This document shows, piece by piece, positions 61,699 to 64,000 of a stretch of DNA of 64,000 bases. Location: contig NC_068983.1 of assembly GCF_001194135.2 (NCBI RefSeq), positions 69,502,819 to 69,566,818 on the forward strand. The letters are read 5' to 3'. The number at the start of each line of letters is the position of its first letter. Within the stretch, counting starts at the first letter, position 1. The position numbers were made by a program, and so were the translations under genes. The notes beneath the pieces were generated by a model that did not search any database, was not told the DNA's origin, and saw nothing but the letters and a program-made list of their open reading frames with translations. This DNA is from Octopus bimaculoides (lineage: Eukaryota).

Positions 61699-62098
61699 GG
61701 TATATCAGCTGTCTTTATGTTCTGAGTTCAAATTCTGCCGAGGTCGGCTTTGCCTTTCATCCTTTCGGGGTCGATAAATTAAGTATCAGTTGCGTACTGG
61801 AATCGATCTAATCGATTGACCCCTCCCCAAAATTTCGAGCCTTATGCCTACCGTAGAAAAGAATATTGAGTAAATTGTAGAAGGTGGCGAGCTGGCAGAG
61901 TCGTTAGCACGCCAGGCAAAATGATGAAAGGCATTTCGTCCGTCTTTACGCCCTAAGTTCAAAATTCCACCGACGTCGACATTACCTTGCATCCATTCGG
62001 GTTAAATAAAATAAGCACCAGTTGAGCATTGATGTCAATGCAAACAACTAACCCCTTTTCCGAAATTGCTGGCCTTGTGCCAAAATTTGAAACCAATA
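61699..62098 (+). mobile_element. Two SINE A copies (61699-61868 headless; 61882-62098 full)
   Basis: Family A core and tails. Confidence 0.8.
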
Positions 62099-63251
62099 TC
62101 GAATAAATTGTTGCTTCCTATGTTGTAATAACAGAGAGGTCGTGAGTGAAAATCAAATGTAACTCATTCTACTTTCATATCGACTTCTCACTGTTCTGGT
62201 ATTTATTTTGTACATGATACATACATCTCTCTTGACTACCGCATTTGCTGTACAGAATAATTTACCAAATAACTCAATAGAAGTGTGTGATATAAGTACA
62301 TATTGAATAATAACAGCTTCCAATCCACTGTTTGTATTGACTGCAGTATTATCCAATGAGTAGTTGCTATTTTAACATGGTGGGATGTACTTTAAGGAAG
62401 ATTTGGATGCTGTCTTTGGCTGATAGAACAACACCGAAAAGCAATGGTGGAGAACTTTGGAGTATTGGTAGCAAATTGCAAATACAAAAAAGGAAAAGAA
62501 AAATAAACTTGTGATGGCGCATATATGCTTAGAAAAATAAGGAATCTTTAATTTCATAAATTCCTATAGTGCATATAAATCCATATTAATGTTTGCTTGA
62601 ATTTCAGAAAGGGGGAACCGTTATCATTATATACTGATATAGTAGAATTAGTGTCCTCTCTTTGGTTTCAGGCGTTGTACACTGTGGTGTTCTTCAGGCG
62701 TCTGACATATTCGGTAACATTCTCAAATTTTCAAAATCCGAACCTTTTATGGAACCCACAGATGTTAATTGCTTCCATTCCGTTTTTCCTCATACTAGCG
62801 AGCATTCTCCAGTTAGTCATTATAATTGTGACAACATTTGCACGTTCTACTCGAACAAGAGTATGTATAGTTTGACTGATATTGGGATTGAACTTATATT
62901 CACTTGCTAAACTACTTCGTGTGGCACTTAATTAAAGCTTATGATCACTATTCACTACCCCATTTCCCCTTATAACAATTAAGTAGTGGAAATTAGGAGT
63001 TTTAACTTTTTTTATTTTATTCATGTATTTATTTTATGGTCGTAGTTTTTAATAGCTTTTCTTAATTAAAGACTCTCATGTAATGTTAATCTTTTACAGT
63101 CACCTTATCTTCCAGTCTGGTTCCCTATCATTTAATTAAAATGTTACAGTGCATTAATTAATCAGAAAGATTAATTATTTAAATACCAAAACACCAAAGA
63201 TGTCACAAAATGTTTTACATTCAGGGGAACTTAAAAACATCTTAATGAGAA

Positions 63252-63664
63252 ATTATTATTATTATTATTGAGTGAGAGAACTGCACACGCCATCAAAGTG
63301 ACACTAGGATATAAATATACATTGCCCAATACACCCGTCATAACTACACGTCTGTTAAGGGTACACCAGACACATGCATCATAACCATATGTGCGCGATA
63401 TGCTGACTGCATTTCAAGATAAACAGCGCATGACCTTGCAAGTGGGGTCCCAGTTAGAATTTTCTTCAGGTCGTGTAGCCCATTCTGCTAAAAAGGCACC
63501 TAAATAAGAATTGTTTAAAGATGATGAACAAAACACCCATGTTTCCAGGGGTGAATTATTCAAACCTCAAAGAATTCCTCTCAATACGTGGCTATGATGC
63601 TCTTTCACTACTTCTGCTTGTGATCAGAGATGCACATATTGTCAGCCACTAAAGGACATGCTCA
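63252..63664 (-). mobile_element. Retroposed repeat with (AAT)n tail, unclassified
   Basis: (ATT)n at 63252-63269 and abrupt junction with the Tx1 fragment at 63665. Confidence 0.4.
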
Positions 63665-64000
63665 TGTGGAGGGGACGCGTTCCAATGGTCAGGCGGGCAG
63701 TCTGTTGCCAGCATCCTCTGAGTGTCGGATTAGGTATGCCGTGGCTCCTAATGCGCAGACACGCTCTTAGGTTACGCCACCTGCGTGTGTGGGCTCCGTT
63801 TGTGAGGCTCGTCTTTCCGCAGCTCGTCTCCTTGACGGAGCTGCAGTCCTGGGTGAAGAAAAGACCGAGACTGGGCGCCTGACACCTAGAATGACGGCAA
63901 GCGCTCAGAACCCTCTACAAGTCGGGCAATAGGATCAGTGGATGTTCCGCTTTAGAAATTTATAGAGGATTAGTGGCGGGGAAGTGCGACGACATTCTCG
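63665..64000 (+). mobile_element. Second L1/Tx1-like ORF2 fragment (runs off the window)
   Basis: WRGRVPMVRRAVCCQHPLSVGLGMPWLLMRRHALRLRHL is homologous to 60540-60670. Confidence 0.8.

Overview
AT-rich, repeat-dense animal genomic DNA with several N-gaps. The SINE, RTE and microsatellite content is most consistent with an octopus (cephalopod) scaffold; the taxon is my inference and was not verified. One protein-coding gene can be fully reconstructed: an 11-exon RIO kinase 3 (RIOK3) on the + strand, CDS 17657-39136, 1743 nt, 580 aa. All introns are GT-AG with consistent phases, and the STGKES, AIKVFK, HADLSEYN and IDVSQ motifs are intact. The rest is transposon-derived: several tRNA-derived SINE families, many RTE-LINE 3' ends, a full-length decayed mariner, Tc1/mariner/pogo- and piggyBac-type MITEs, a non-autonomous Helitron, a Gypsy integrase plus 3' LTR, an R4/Dong-like RLE retrotransposon and two L1/Tx1-like ORF2 fragments. 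There are no prokaryotic systems, CRISPR arrays, rRNA genes or true tRNA genes. The most interesting signals are (i) a tRNA-SINE copy bounded by a target-site duplication whose 3' tail matches the 3' end of the L1/Tx1 element, while that LINE's own 3' end abuts a decapitated copy of the same SINE family, suggesting a SINE-LINE partnership with possible SINE targeting; (ii) long near-perfect hairpin elements; (iii) a CpG-decay landscape hinting at methylation domains and an unannotated upstream gene; and (iv) an ambiguous or alternative exon 6/7 junction in RIOK3.
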